A stretch of DNA of 36,621 bases, taken from contig NC_068988.1 in the NCBI RefSeq assembly GCF_001194135.2, positions 87,283,663-87,320,283 of the forward strand, read 5' to 3'. The notes under the pieces are model-generated. The model searched no databases. It was not told where the DNA came from and saw only the letters and a list, made by a program, of their open reading frames with translations. The position numbers were made by a program, and so were the translations under genes. Positions 1-11,905 of the stretch are shown here, piece by piece (positions within the stretch are counted from its first letter, which is position 1; each line of letters begins with the position of its first letter). The stretch comes from Octopus bimaculoides. Its lineage: Eukaryota.

Positions 1-222
1 ATATATATAAAACAAATAATAAATGAGTATATGCATATATATGTACAGGTATGTGCATACCTACTTCTACCTGTACATATAGGTGCATATCTGGGTACAG
101 GACATTGCAAACAAAACGTAGACAAGAAATAATAACCAGAGTACAGAAAACACACAAGCCACATAGAGAACATTTTCCTTCATCAGCTACCCCCATTTTA
201 ACACCGGCGTTTCGAAACACAC
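1..222 (-). mobile_element. Penelope-like pseudo-LTR-type repeat remnant with hammerhead-like motifs
   Basis: Minus strand reads cGAAACgccggtGTT aaaatgggggtag CTGATGAagg, i.e. GAAAC, a near-palindrome and CTGATGA, starting at a microsatellite edge. Confidence 0.4.
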
Positions 223-685
223 GTATGTATGTATGTATGTATGTATGTATGTATGAAATACTAATCATTATCGTAAATATGTTAGCATCTTGCCAATTAA
301 TGAGTTGATGACAAGGCAAAATGAAGAACATCAAGGAATATCTATGTAGTCATTTAATTAGCTATACACAGTAGCTAGTTCTTCAAGAAATCACACCTAA
401 TCATGCTTAAACAAGCACGGACATATTTGATATTGTAGACAGAGCTAAACTATGAATAGAAAACTATGTCTGTAACACCTTACATCATACAGGTGAGAGT
501 TCAGGTCTGACCGAGGGCTATACACATCTAGTATACATCATATTAAAGTACCTCTTATTTGCATGCTGTTACATATTTTGCATGCATGTGAACACAAGTA
601 CAAGCACACACACACACACACCAACAAACAACTGTTGTATCTCCCTCATTTGCCCTATTTCATTTATGTGTATGTATGTGCTTGT

Positions 686-931
686 TGGAGGTGCAATGGC
701 CCAGTGGTCAGGGCAGCAGACTCGCGGTCATAGGATTGCGGTTTCTCTTCCCAGACCAGGTGTTGTGAGTGTTTATTGAGCAAAAACACCTAAAGCTCCC
801 TGCTGTACTCTTTCACCATAACTTTCTCTCACTCTTTCTTCTTGTTTCTGCTGTACCTGTATTTCAAAGGACCAGCTTTGTAACACTAGAACCCTCAACG
901 TCGTAAGCGACGGAGTGCCAACACCAACAAC
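686..931 (+). mobile_element. tRNA-derived SINE (head A + tail Y) with internal deletions
   Basis: A-box tggcccagtgg and decayed B-box. Collinear with the copy at 33726-34116 but missing two internal segments; ends in caa repeats. Confidence 0.85.
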
Positions 932-1772
932 TTTTTACTTATATTTCTGATATATTTCTTATATAATTTTTACATATTTATAAAGATTTTGGTTTATAGG
1001 TTTATGGCCCATATATTTTTTACACATATATTTTCTGTATTCTGCCTTCCACTCTGCATTTTTTCCTGTGCATATATAGATGTGTATATGGAATCTTTTG
1101 TGCATGTGTGTGGATGTGTGTGCATGCGAGTATGTGTGTATATAGACATGTTTTACTCCTATTGCTTATTTTTTACATTTTTTTACACATTATTCTGTAT
1201 TTTGCCTTTGGCCTTGTTTTTTTCTTGTGCATGTGCGTATATAGACGTGTGTATAGACCTTTTTGTATGTGTGTGTGTGTGTGTGTGTGTGTATGAACGT
1301 GTATGCGGGTATGTATATATTTTTTGGCGAATGTGTGGTTGAGCATGTGTGTGTGTGTGTTTCAAGTGAGGGTGGATGAGTGTATACATATAGGCGCATG
1401 TACGTGGGTGTGCAGACGTACATGTGTATGTATGGACATGCACGCTTACGCGATTACTATGAACATTTTCACTCCCTTACCTTTACTCCCTCCCCTCACT
1501 TAGCGGTCATTCTAATAGCTCTTTTGTCTTGATAACGGTCAATCACACAGTAATTTCCCTTTGTTTAACGGTCATTTTCATAGCATTTTTTTTCGATGGC
1601 CAGATAACTGAAGAGATGGCGGTGTGGGTTTCCGCCCTGACATCCGAAACTCAGAGTTTTATCATGGCTGCCGAATAATTGTTACATATTATATTTACAG
1701 ATAAATTCCTCTATTTTATCTGTTTCAATGCATGGTTTCACATCAAGAATCTTGCAACATAAATTCATAAAT

Positions 1773-1818
<46 letters not shown>

Positions 1819-2051
1819 GCACACACACATGAAATATATATGTATGTGTGCATATATATATATATATACATGTATGTATGTATGTATGTATGTATGCATG
1901 CATGTGTGTGTATGTATATATATATATAAATTCTCATGACATCAGCAACATACTTATGCTGGTAAGAAAAAAGTTTATAAAACATAGAAAAATTTAAAGG
2001 ATTTGTACCTTCTTGCATTGTTCCAGCCTGACATAACAACCTTCTTTAATA

Positions 2052-2082
<31 letters not shown>

Positions 2083-2244
2083 ACAGATAAAGAAATAGAG
2101 ACAGAAATATATGAAAATTAGAACTTATATTATGAAAGACAAATAGATCTCCATGTCTGTCTATAACAACATCAATAATAGGGAGGAAAGAAGGGGAGGA
2201 GGAAATGCAGTGAGAGAGAGAGGGAGAGTAGGGGGAGAGAGAGA

Positions 2245-2288
<44 letters not shown>

Positions 2289-2344
2289 TAGATAGATGTG
2301 TAGGTATTGTTATTACCCAAATAACTAAGAAGTTTTGATTAAAA

Positions 2345-3005
2345 ATGTGGATCCGTTTCAAGAAAAAGAACAAGAAACTTCCTGTGAGAAAGGAAAAGTG
2401 GAACGACTATTGGGAAGTGACTGCAGATTTGCCTGGGTGCCAGGCATTCTTTCCCATCCCAGTTATGGAAGAACCTGACATTTTAATGTGGTGTGAAAGA
2501 AGAAAAGTTGTAAATCTAGTTGAGTTAACGGTTCCTCATGAAGATAATATGGACGCCGCGCGGGCTCGAAAGATGGACCGTTATGAAAACCACCTCGAGA
2601 AATGTGAAGACGCAGGCTGGAAAGCGGAGCATTTTCCAATCGAAGTCGGATGTAGAGGATTTGTAGGAAACAGTGTGAAACGACTGCTGTTATCGTTAGG
2701 CCTAACTCATCGGAAGGTAAATACCACCATTACCGATATCCAAACTACAGTGGAGAAGGCTAGCCACTGGATTTGGTTAAAAAGAGACGATGAGCGATGG
2801 CTAGAGAAATATTGAGCTTTGTTTAATAATCAGTTGATCTAGCAAGCGGGACCTCATATCAGTGAGGGGGGGCGGTGCGAATTGATGCCGTCGAGAGGTA
2901 GGCCCCGAAACGGCGCGCATTCTCTCCTGATGACCCCATACACTTGCTGGCTTCCGGTATGCGGAATTCTTGACTGGTAGCACTTGCATGTGCAAGTTGT
3001 TTGCA
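2345..3005 (+). mobile_element. 5'-truncated RLE-type non-LTR retrotransposon, Hero-like: endonuclease C-terminus and 3' UTR
   Basis: ORF 2345-2815 has PD-(D/E)xK restriction-like motifs EPDILMW, VELTVPHEDN, KMDRY, PIEVGCRGF and KASHWIWLKR, typical of the Hero clade. A GC-rich structured 3' UTR follows. Confidence 0.85.
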
Positions 3006-3010
3006 AGACA

Positions 3011-4117
3011 CATCATCCTATAAATAAAGTGGTTTTTTATACTTCTTTTATTTTTCAAATTTAAGATAAACAAAGTTCTTTTTAATCTAAAAGATACTCT
3101 GCTTCTTTTTCTACTATGCTCTTCCATCTATCTGGTAGACTTACAAGGCCCCTCTTCCAAAATTCCCTTGTCTGTGATGAAAAATACTCCTCCAGTACTG
3201 TTCTGACCTCATCTACAGAATTCATATTTTTTCTGTCCAAATGATTTTGAAGACTGTGCAATAAATGATAATCAGATGGGGCAATTTTTGGTGAATATGG
3301 TGGGTGGGGCATCGTTTCCCATTCAAACTGCACCAGATATTGGAATGTCATCTTCGCAGTACGTGGCTGAGCATTATCCTGATGGAAGAACACCTTTCAT
3401 CTTGAAACTAAAGATGGTCATTTTTCTTCTAGTGCTGATTTAAACCGCTGAAGCTGCTCATAGTAGATCTCCTTCATTATCATTTGGTTTGAGTTTAAAA
3501 ATTCTAAGTGGACTAAACCTTTCATATCTCACCAAAGAGATAACAACGCCTTACATGGGTGAAGACCTTCGTTAGCCTGGGGTGCCAGTGTTTCTCCTTT
3601 CCCTACTCTCTTTCTTTGGCACTTGACATCTTTATAGAGAACCCATTTCTGGTCACCAGTCACTATTCAGTCCAAAAAAGGTTCATTTGTGAGACATGAC
3701 AGCAAAGGAGAGCACACATTCACTCTCTGCATGCGATTAGACTAGGAAGTTTGTTAGGAACCCATTGACCCAATTTGCTGACTTTTCCAATGGCATGCAA
3801 GTGTCGATAAATGGTTGAAAGACCAAATCCAAGCTTCTCTGCTAGTTCCTCAATATTTGTGATGGGATTTTGTTCCACCTGGGTTTGCAGGACATTCCCA
3901 TCAAGTTCTACAGATCTTCCAGAAACTGACTCATCTTCTAGGCTGTAGTTTCTGGCTTGGAATTTCTGGAACCTAGGCTTATTGTCTGATCCCCAAATAC
4001 TGCATTAATATTCCTACCTGCTTTTATAGCAAGCTGATGCAGGGTAGTTTATCCTGTCCCCCTTCTGCTTTTAGTTCATGCAATAAAATAAAACGCATTA
4101 TTTATGGGTTGACCCAA
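3011..4117 (-). mobile_element. Decayed mariner (Tc1/mariner) transposon
   Basis: Minus-strand motifs KLGQWVPNKL, IVTGDQKWVLY, HQDNA and HPPYSPKIAPSDYHL. Right TIR cgcattatttatgggttgacccaa followed by TA at 4118; degenerate matching left TIR tcatcctataaataaagtggtttt at ~3012. Multiple stops. Confidence 0.92.
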
Positions 4118-4215
4118 TATAACGAAACACAAACTTCAAAAAATTTCTATATGTATATATGTATATATATACTGTTGTGTCTGGGGAGAGTCATTTTCTT
4201 TTTGTGCCTTATGTG

Positions 4216-4253
<38 letters not shown>

Positions 4254-4681
4254 NNNNNNNNNNNNNNNNNNNNNNNNNNNNNNNNNNNNNNNNNNNNNNN
4301 NNNNNNNNNNNNNNNNNNNNNNNNNNNNNNNNNNNNNNNNNNNNNNNNNNNNNNNNNNNNNNNNNNNNNNNNNNNNNNNNNNNNNNNNNNNNNNNNNNNN
4401 NNNNNNNNNNNNNNNNNNNNNNNNNNNNNNNNNNNNNNNNNNNNNNNNNNNNNNNNNNNNNNNNNNNNNNNNNNNNNNNNNNNNNNNNNNNNNNNNNNNN
4501 NNNNNNNNNNNNNNNNNNNNNNNNNNNNNNNNNNNNNNNNNNNNNNNNNNNNNNNNNNNNNNNNNNNNNNNNNNNNNNNNNNNNNNNNNNNNNNNNNNNN
4601 NNNNNNNNNNNNNNNNNNNNNNNNNNNNNNNNNNNNNNNNNNNNNNNNNNNNNNNNNNNNNNNNNNNNNNNNNNNNNNNNN

Positions 4682-6879
4682 GCACGTACGTTTCGTACAA
4701 GCTCCATTTATTCATGTAGTGAGAACACCACAGAAAATACAATGAAAATGTACTCCTCAGACTCATACCCACCCCCAAAAACCCAAACATCACATCCCAA
4801 CTGTCACCAAACAGTACCAACACCACCAATAACAAAATCAACACACTCAGAAATAGACCCCAATACCCTTCCCTCCCACCCTCTGATTCCTCAGACATGT
4901 TATCAGATGAAGATGACACAGAGGATTGGCAAGTGGCCACAGGGAAAGGAGAAAAAGGGGAAAAAAAAGAATAGAGAAGCTGACAAACAAAGCCGGGAGA
5001 TTTATCACTCCTGAAACCAAAACACCTGCAGAAAACAAAAGCATCAACACAAACACTCTAATATCAAACCCCACAGCAATGTTCACAGCTCTAAACACTA
5101 ACAATCCAGACCTAATGGAATACATTAGGTCAAACACCAACATAACAGAAGATGATACCAAAACAAAAAATCACCCACGAACAACACCACCACAACATAT
5201 TAAAATCATACACAAAACACAGAACACACACAGCACACTGAAATCTTTCTCTACCCGGATGCAGTAGTGAGATTCCAAAAATACATCTCTAAAAAACTAT
5301 ACAAAAACCTTCTGGGAGAAGACTGTGAGGTGAAGGACAAACAACTTTCGGAAAGTAAGTAATTCTCTCTCTCTCTCGTCTCCTTTTCGTGTGTAAAACA
5401 CAACCTCCGATAGGAACATGCTCAAAATAGGCAGTGTAAATGTACGTGGCTTGGAATCACCTTGGAAACAAGGCTACCTGTTAAACAACATCAAGTCACA
5501 AAATCTGCATATCATAGCCATCAGCAAGACCAGACTTCACAGCCTGCAGGCCCTCCAGCACATGTTCGGCGGACATTTCAACATTTATTTTTCTCCGTGT
5601 CTGCCCAGAATGGGCAGAGGAGGTACCTCGGTGCTTCTTCGGAAGAGTCTGGACCTCAAAGTAAGAGCAATTTTCCTAGACCCAGAGGATAGGCTGGTTG
5701 TCTTGGATGTTGATGGCAGCAATGGGTGTGCTTTTTGACTGATAACAGTTTATGCACCATCCTTATCAGGCCGACCAGATTTATTTCGATGTATAGAGGT
5801 ATTCCTGGGAACGTCTTGACCTTTACTTTTAGTGGGGCATTGGAACGCTACCCTGGACACGCATCTAGACTATATGGACAGAGATAGTAATAGGAGGGGA
5901 TACAAATACCTCAAAGACCTGCTCAGACGTTTCCAACTGTCTGACAGGTGCCGACTGGACCACCCAAATGTGCCAATGTGGACATGGAGCAACTGCATCG
6001 GGTGGTCCAGATCGTATTTAGATAGAGTATTCTGTAGGACAGTGGATAAGGCTAGTGTAGGTTGTCCACAATTCCATATAGTCAGCTACACAGACCACAA
6101 ATTTGTGACTTGTAGACTTGACTTAAATAAGACACATAGGCAGGGTCCCGGTTACTGGAAGCTGAACACATCGTTCACGGCATGCCAGGCTTACAGGGAC
6201 CAGATTAGCACATTTTGTTCAGAGGGCATTGACAGGTGCCATCATCAACAACAGATGGTGATATGCCCTAAAGAAAGCAACTAAAGCAGAACCAGTTAGG
6301 TATAGCAAGGCCCTGGCATTAGACCAATATAGAATAAAGGGAGACCTAGTTAAGAAATTAGAAGAGGCACTTGGAACTGGCATCGCTTCCAATGTACTGG
6401 TAGCGAGTTTGGCTCTCAACCAACACTTCAATGCCAAACATGAAAGATACGTTGTCTGAGCTAGGATGCATGTTCTGAGGAATGAAGGAGTTGGGGCCGC
6501 CTGAGAGGCCCGAGTGGCGGAGGCACAATGAGGCAACAGAGTCACCATTAGGTCCCTGGCAGATGAACAGTGGTGCGAAGTACTCAGGCCTGAAAGGATG
6601 TGTGAGGCCTTTCAACAACATTTTGCCCGACTGTTCGGGACAACTGGTGGGTCAAAATGCAGAGTGGACTTTAGTGCCTACCTGCATGGCCTGCTACGAC
6701 TCTCAGCAAGAGAAGCAGTGTGTTGTGAAAGACTCATCACAGCTGCGGACGTATAGGGTGTGATGGCAAGCTGTGTGGGAGACAAGTCCCCAGGCTTGGA
6801 TGGTCTGCTCTCTGAACTTTATTGTCATATGCCAGACTTGTTTGGAGGTGTCTTGGCAGCTGTCTACTGCAACTGGCAG
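4682..6879 (+). mobile_element. Tx1/L1-clade LINE, 5' part: ORF1 remnant, ORF2 APE endonuclease, linker and start of RT
   Basis: From ATG 5418: GSVNVRGL, VYAP, GHWNA, WTW, SYLDRVF, YTDHKFV, GPGYWKLN, then KSPGLDGL near 6790. Stops and frameshifts. The C/A-rich upstream stretch is interpreted as ORF1. Confidence 0.9.
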
Positions 6880-7193
6880 TTTCGTATAATTTACCCCAGT
6901 GTCACTTTGATGGCATGCACTGCTCTCTCACTCAGTAATAATAATAATAATAATCTATGTAGAGCTTTCACTTATACAGTAGTAGTTGTACATCTAAGCC
7001 AAGGATTTTAAACTTACGGAAACAATGTTCACATATTACCTGAGGAAAAACAACTAGATCTCATGATGCAGAGAAACAGTTGTGTAATCAAGTACCTGCA
7101 CACCTGGAGAACTACGTTGCGTGGAAACAATTGTAGTAATTAAAAAATAAATGTCCAATCATACCCTTTCTTGTTGACTCTTATTTTTTCAAT

Positions 7194-7224
<31 letters not shown>

Positions 7225-8024
7225 GTGTGCATGTGTGTGTGTGTGGAGGAGCTAAAAAGTTCCTGGCTTAGGGTAAAAGAAAATATAGAGGGATCAGTTA
7301 NNNNNNNNNNNNNNNNNNNNNNNNNNNNNNNNNNNNNNNNNNNNNNNNNNNNNNNNNNNNNNNNNNNNNNNNNNNNNNNNNNNNNNNNNNNNNNNNNNNN
7401 NNNNNNNNNNNNNNNNNNNNNNNNNNNNNNNNNNNNNNNNNNNNNNNNNNNNNNNNNNNNNNNNNNNNNNNNNNNNNNNNNNNNNNNNNNNNNNNNNNNN
7501 NNNNNNNNNNNNNNNNNNNNNNNNNNNNNNNNNNNNNNNNNNNNNNNNNNNNNNNNNNNNNNNNNNNNNNNNNNNNNNNNNNNNNNNNNNNNNNNNNNNN
7601 NNNNNNNNNNNNNNNNNNNNNNNNNNNNNNNNNNNNNNNNNNNNNNNNNNNNNNNNNNNNNNNNNNNNNNNNNNNNNNNNNNNNNNNNNNNNNNNNNNNN
7701 NNNNNNNNNNNNNNNNNNNNNNNNNNNNNNNNNNNNNNNNNNNNNNNNNNNNNNNNNNNNNNNNNNNNNNNNNNNNNNNNNNNNNNNNNNNNNNNNNNNN
7801 NNNNNNNNNNNNNNNNNNNNNNNNNNNNNNNNNNNNNNNNNNNNNNNNNNNNNNNNNNNNNNNNNNNNNNNNNNNNNNNNNNNNNNNNNNNNNNNNNNNN
7901 NNNNNNNNNNNNNNNNNNNNNNNNNNNNNNNNNNNNNNNNNNNNNNNNNNNNNNNNNNNNNNNNNNNNNNNNNNNNNNNNNNNNNNNNNNNNNNNNNNNN
8001 NNNNNNNNNNNNNNNNNNNNNNNN

Positions 8025-8067
<43 letters not shown>

Positions 8068-8068
<1 letters not shown>

Positions 8069-8232
8069 ACGACAGGCTTCTTTCAGTTTCCACCTACCAA
8101 ATCCACTCACAAGGCTCTGGTCAGCCTGAGGCTATAGTAGAAGACACTTGCCCAAGATGCTAAGCAGTGGAACTGAACCCGGAACCATGTGGTTGGTAAG
8201 CAAGCTACTTACCACACAGCCACTCCTGCGCC
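8068..8232 (-). mobile_element. tRNA/CORE-type SINE family C, 5' half
   Basis: Reverse complement of ggcgcaggagtggctgtgtggtaag...ggttcagt...ttgggcaagtgtcttctactatag. Related pieces at 16888-17035, 18215-18330, 18365-18580, 20790-20862, 22172-22269, 22705-22915, 25390-25640, 34385-34520 and 35784-36090. Confidence 0.85.
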
Positions 8233-8975
8233 TATAACACAATATTATAAATGTTATACACTCTAGTATTTTATATAAAAATAGATGACAGTTATATAAG
8301 ATGTAAAATAATATATGTTTAAACAAAAAGCTATACTTCCTATTCATACACATGTATCATACATACACCTTAAACACCATGCTCACACATTTAAACATAT
8401 GCTTAGATCAAGACAAAGAAACCTTGTCAGAACATGGATACTGTTGCAGGGATGTCATGTGATCAGATCTGCTAGTTTTTTTCTTTTCTTTTATTTTTTT
8501 CTTCCTGTCTAAGGCTGTACCTGTAGACATTTTATATGTGTAAATCATATTTAGACATTTTTTTTTTTTTTAAATCACAAAGACGACACAGATACAGCAA
8601 GTAAACAACTCGTCTAAGAAAGAGGTGACTTCAAATTATCATTGTTGTTGTCATCATCATCATCATCATTCTGTTGTTGTTGTTGTTGTCATCATCATCA
8701 TCATCACCATTGTGTGTGTGTGTGTGTGTGTGTGCATGCGCTTATTCTTTTTGCTTACATTTGTGTGTTTGTTTGATAAGAATCATTCAGCTGAAAGTGG
8801 TGATGTCATTGACCAAAGTTTTGCAATTGGATTTGGTAGGCAGAAACTGAAAAGAATCTCACTGTATTTATGTATGTATGAATGTATGCATGTATGTATA
8901 TATGTATGTATGTATGTATGTATATATCAACTTTAAATAGAGCTCAAAATTGATCCATTGAAAATACTTTATTAC

Positions 8976-9016
<41 letters not shown>

Positions 9017-9190
9017 AATAGACCTATGTACATTTCGATAGAACATCCAGAATGATTAATACATATCATAAAATATTATAACATATTATAAAATATAGGA
9101 TACTCCATCTCCTCAGGGTCCCAATATTATTGCTATTATTATTATCATTATCATTATTATTATTATTAGCAATACACAGCCAATAAAAAC

Positions 9191-9221
<31 letters not shown>

Positions 9222-9230
9222 CATACATGT

Positions 9231-9262
<32 letters not shown>

Positions 9263-9454
9263 TAGTGTTTGTTTATATCTGTGCTTGTTTACAACCCAAT
9301 GGTTTTGAGGTGTTATTGCTGGCATCTCTGTCATTAGTGTGTCCCCTAGCTTTGTTCCTTGACCTCTCATATTAGTCGTAAACAAATGTCACAGTCATAC
9401 TAGCAGGTTTGTTTGTTCACAATCTTAAGTGAAAAAAAAAATATCCAGCTATTG

Positions 9455-9630
9455 TGACACTACATTCTCTGAGTGGTTGGCATTAGGAAGGGCATCCAGC
9501 TGTAGAAACTCTGCCAAATCAGATTGGAGCCTGGTGTAGCCATCTGGTTTCACCAGTCCTCAGTCAAATCGTCCAACCCATGCTAGCATTGAAAGCGGAC
9601 GTTAAACGATGATGATGATGATGATGATGA
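9455..9630 (+). mobile_element. RTE-type LINE/SINE 3' end with (GAT)n tail
   Basis: ctctgagtggttggcattaggaagggcatccagctgtagaaac...gcggacgttaaacgatgatgat. Similar ends at 16226-16390, 19086-19260 and 30580-30810; opposite-strand relative at 16390-16635. Confidence 0.8.
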
Positions 9631-9631
9631 T

Positions 9632-10155
9632 TGTGTAGTTTATGCTCAGAGGATTTGCTCGGTACTACCCTAAGGGAATACGAAGCGGTGTCAGGAGCAA
9701 TAATCAAACAGGAGAAGTCCGTGGGCCTGCAGCTCGGCACCTGGAGAGGCAGGCCCATATCAACCGACAGTGTGGTGGGGCACTGGATGGAAGGACCTGT
9801 TAAATTGCTTGTGGTCTGGTTTGGTCCAGATTTCCAAGTGGACAAGAACTGAGGTGAAGTGACAGATAGAGTGACCAGTCTCACCCAGAAGTGGCCCGAG
9901 AGGAAGCTGTCCCTGAAAGGTCGAGTGGCAGTGGCGAATGTGTACATCACATCTGTCATATACTACCGCCTAACTGTCGTCCCTTGCCCCACTTCGTCGC
10001 TGAGCGAGTTGGTGCATTTGCTCTTCCGTTTCCTGTGAAGCGGACAGGTACTGCTTGTCAGACGGTCCATCTGCTGTCCGCACCTGTTGCATGGAGGACT
10101 GGGCATGCCATGGCTGAGGATGCGAAGATATGCGCTGACATTACGACATCTCCAG
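9632..10155 (+). mobile_element. Tx1/L1-clade LINE, post-RT fragment of ORF2
   Basis: EAVSGAIIKQEKSVGLQLGTW, GPVKLL.VWFGPD, KLSLKGRVAVANVYITSVIYYRL, HGGLGMPWL. Confidence 0.85.
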
Positions 10156-10157
10156 AA

Positions 10158-10297
10158 CTCCCCCTTTTAGGGAAGCAGACTCTTGATTTAATCTCTTTGT
10201 TAATCATTGTGTTTGTTTGCTGTTTACTTTGCTGTGTTTGTTCGCTGTTTATCGTCCTCTATGTTTTGTCTTCCTCCCTGGTGGCCAATAAAGGAAG
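10158..10297 (+). mobile_element. LINE 3' end with polyA signal and (TAT)n tail
   Basis: Ends gtcctctatgtt...gtggccAATAAAggaag then (TAT)n; resembles the end at 36383-36428. Confidence 0.55.
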
Positions 10298-10355
10298 TAT
10301 TATTATTATTGTTATCATTATTATTATTATCATTATTATTATTATTATTATTATT

Positions 10356-10867
10356 CAGTAGTTTTATTTTTATAACGTGCTTTCACTTCACTCCCGAGCG
10401 CAGCTCTGTGTGCCTTGGGTATGTGCTGTGGTTTGCTGTGATGCTCTTATGGTTACTGTATTGGAAGTGTTTTGCGTAGAATGTGTGCAGTACCCAGTAG
10501 TGCAATTTTCTGTATGTTATATATATTTGTAAGTCCTGGTGTTTTTGTTATGTATTTGTCTGAATATTTTTTTATTATACCTAAGGCACCTCCTGCTTCT
10601 TTTGTGGCTGCTGCATATATTATGTCATTTAGCTCTGTGATATTGCCAGTTGTTTCTGTGGTTGTTAGTTCTGTGACGGCCAGGTTTATGCTATTTATTA
10701 TTGATGTTGTTTTATTGTCTATTTTGATTTTTGGGAGATATATTCTGTGGTCCATTCTAAAATCTGTGGTTTTCAGTTCTTTGATTATTCTCATTTTCAT
10801 AGTATCGTAATTATTAGGTTTCCCTTCGTTATTCCCAGGTTTTAGATTTGTTTTGCCTTCCTTTTCA

Positions 10868-10868
<1 letters not shown>
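10356..10868 (-). mobile_element. Internally deleted R4/Dong-type RLE retrotransposon
   Basis: ORF 10453-10800 joins an N-terminal-type segment to the C-terminus GALGIIKK...NIQKIALLGTAHILRK. The 3' UTR ends in (AAT)n and there are (AAT)n arrays on both sides. Confidence 0.8.
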
Positions 10869-10918
<50 letters not shown>

Positions 10919-10965
10919 TGCTGTTGTTGTTTTTGTTGTTATTATTATCATTATTATTATTATTA

Positions 10966-11661
10966 GTTACTTTTAATTTGCGTGTTTGTTACACTCACTT
11001 GCCGAGAAACATCCATCACCCTAGGGCAAGTGAGGGATGAGAGATGTTACAGTATGACTGAAAGATTGGGGAGGGGAAGTGGCAGGGCAGTAACAAAATA
11101 TCTTCCTGTAATACAATAAAAACATTTAAATTGATAGGATTTTTCTAAGGATGTGGGTAATACTTGTCAACACAATCTTTTGGAATTCTCTGAGACATGG
11201 TTCTCCTGGGATATTATCTAGATGTCTCTGACATCCCATTTTTATCATACTTAGGGCACCTACAATAACAGGAACAATTCTCGCTTTAAGATGCCACATC
11301 TTTTGTATTTCAATTTCCAGGTCCTTATATTTGCTTAATTTGTCAAATTCCTTTAACACATATACTCTTATCAGTGGGAACACATACATCTATTGGTCTA
11401 CGAATATTTTCTTCTCTGTCCTTAATGACTATGTCTGGCCAGTTAGCCTGGATCGTTCTGTCAGTGTTGACTGGAAAATGCCAGAGGACAGTGACATTTT
11501 TTTACCTTCAACGACTGGCTCAGGATGATGTTCATACCAGTAAGCAGGAGTGCTGATTTTTAGTGTCTACATTTTTTCCAGTGTAAATACTGTCCTACTC
11601 TATTGTGGTGACTTTTGTATTCGTTTGGTGGCAGCACAGGGCATCCTGAAATGAGATGGTC

Positions 11662-11662
<1 letters not shown>
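10966..11662 (-). mobile_element. 5'-truncated R4/Dong-type RLE retrotransposon (second family)
   Basis: DHLISGCPVL zinc knuckle, ANWPDIVIKD, KLSKYKDLEIEIQKMW, VPVIVGAL, HILRKILSI; 3' UTR with a 10-bp stem (10994-11003/11025-11034) and (AAT)n tail. Confidence 0.88.
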
Positions 11663-11735
<73 letters not shown>

Positions 11736-11852
11736 TAATAATAATAATAATAATGATAATAATAATAATCATCATCATCATCATCATTATTATTATTATC
11801 ATCATCATTATTATTATGATGATTATTATTATCATTATTATTATTATTATTA

Positions 11853-11901
<49 letters not shown>

Positions 11902-11905
11902 CATT
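11663..11905. repeat. Inverted (AAT)n / (ATT)n microsatellite fold-back
   Basis: (AAT)n at 11663-11770, CAT/TAT spacer, (ATT)n at 11821-11905; variant units are mirrored between the arms. Confidence 0.85.

Noticed and set aside
1611-1623. YY1-like AGATGGCGG as a promoter
   Set aside because: Single short motif with no other support.
7243-7299. Mariner-like TIR (aaaagttcctggct)
   Set aside because: Too short before the gap to call an element.
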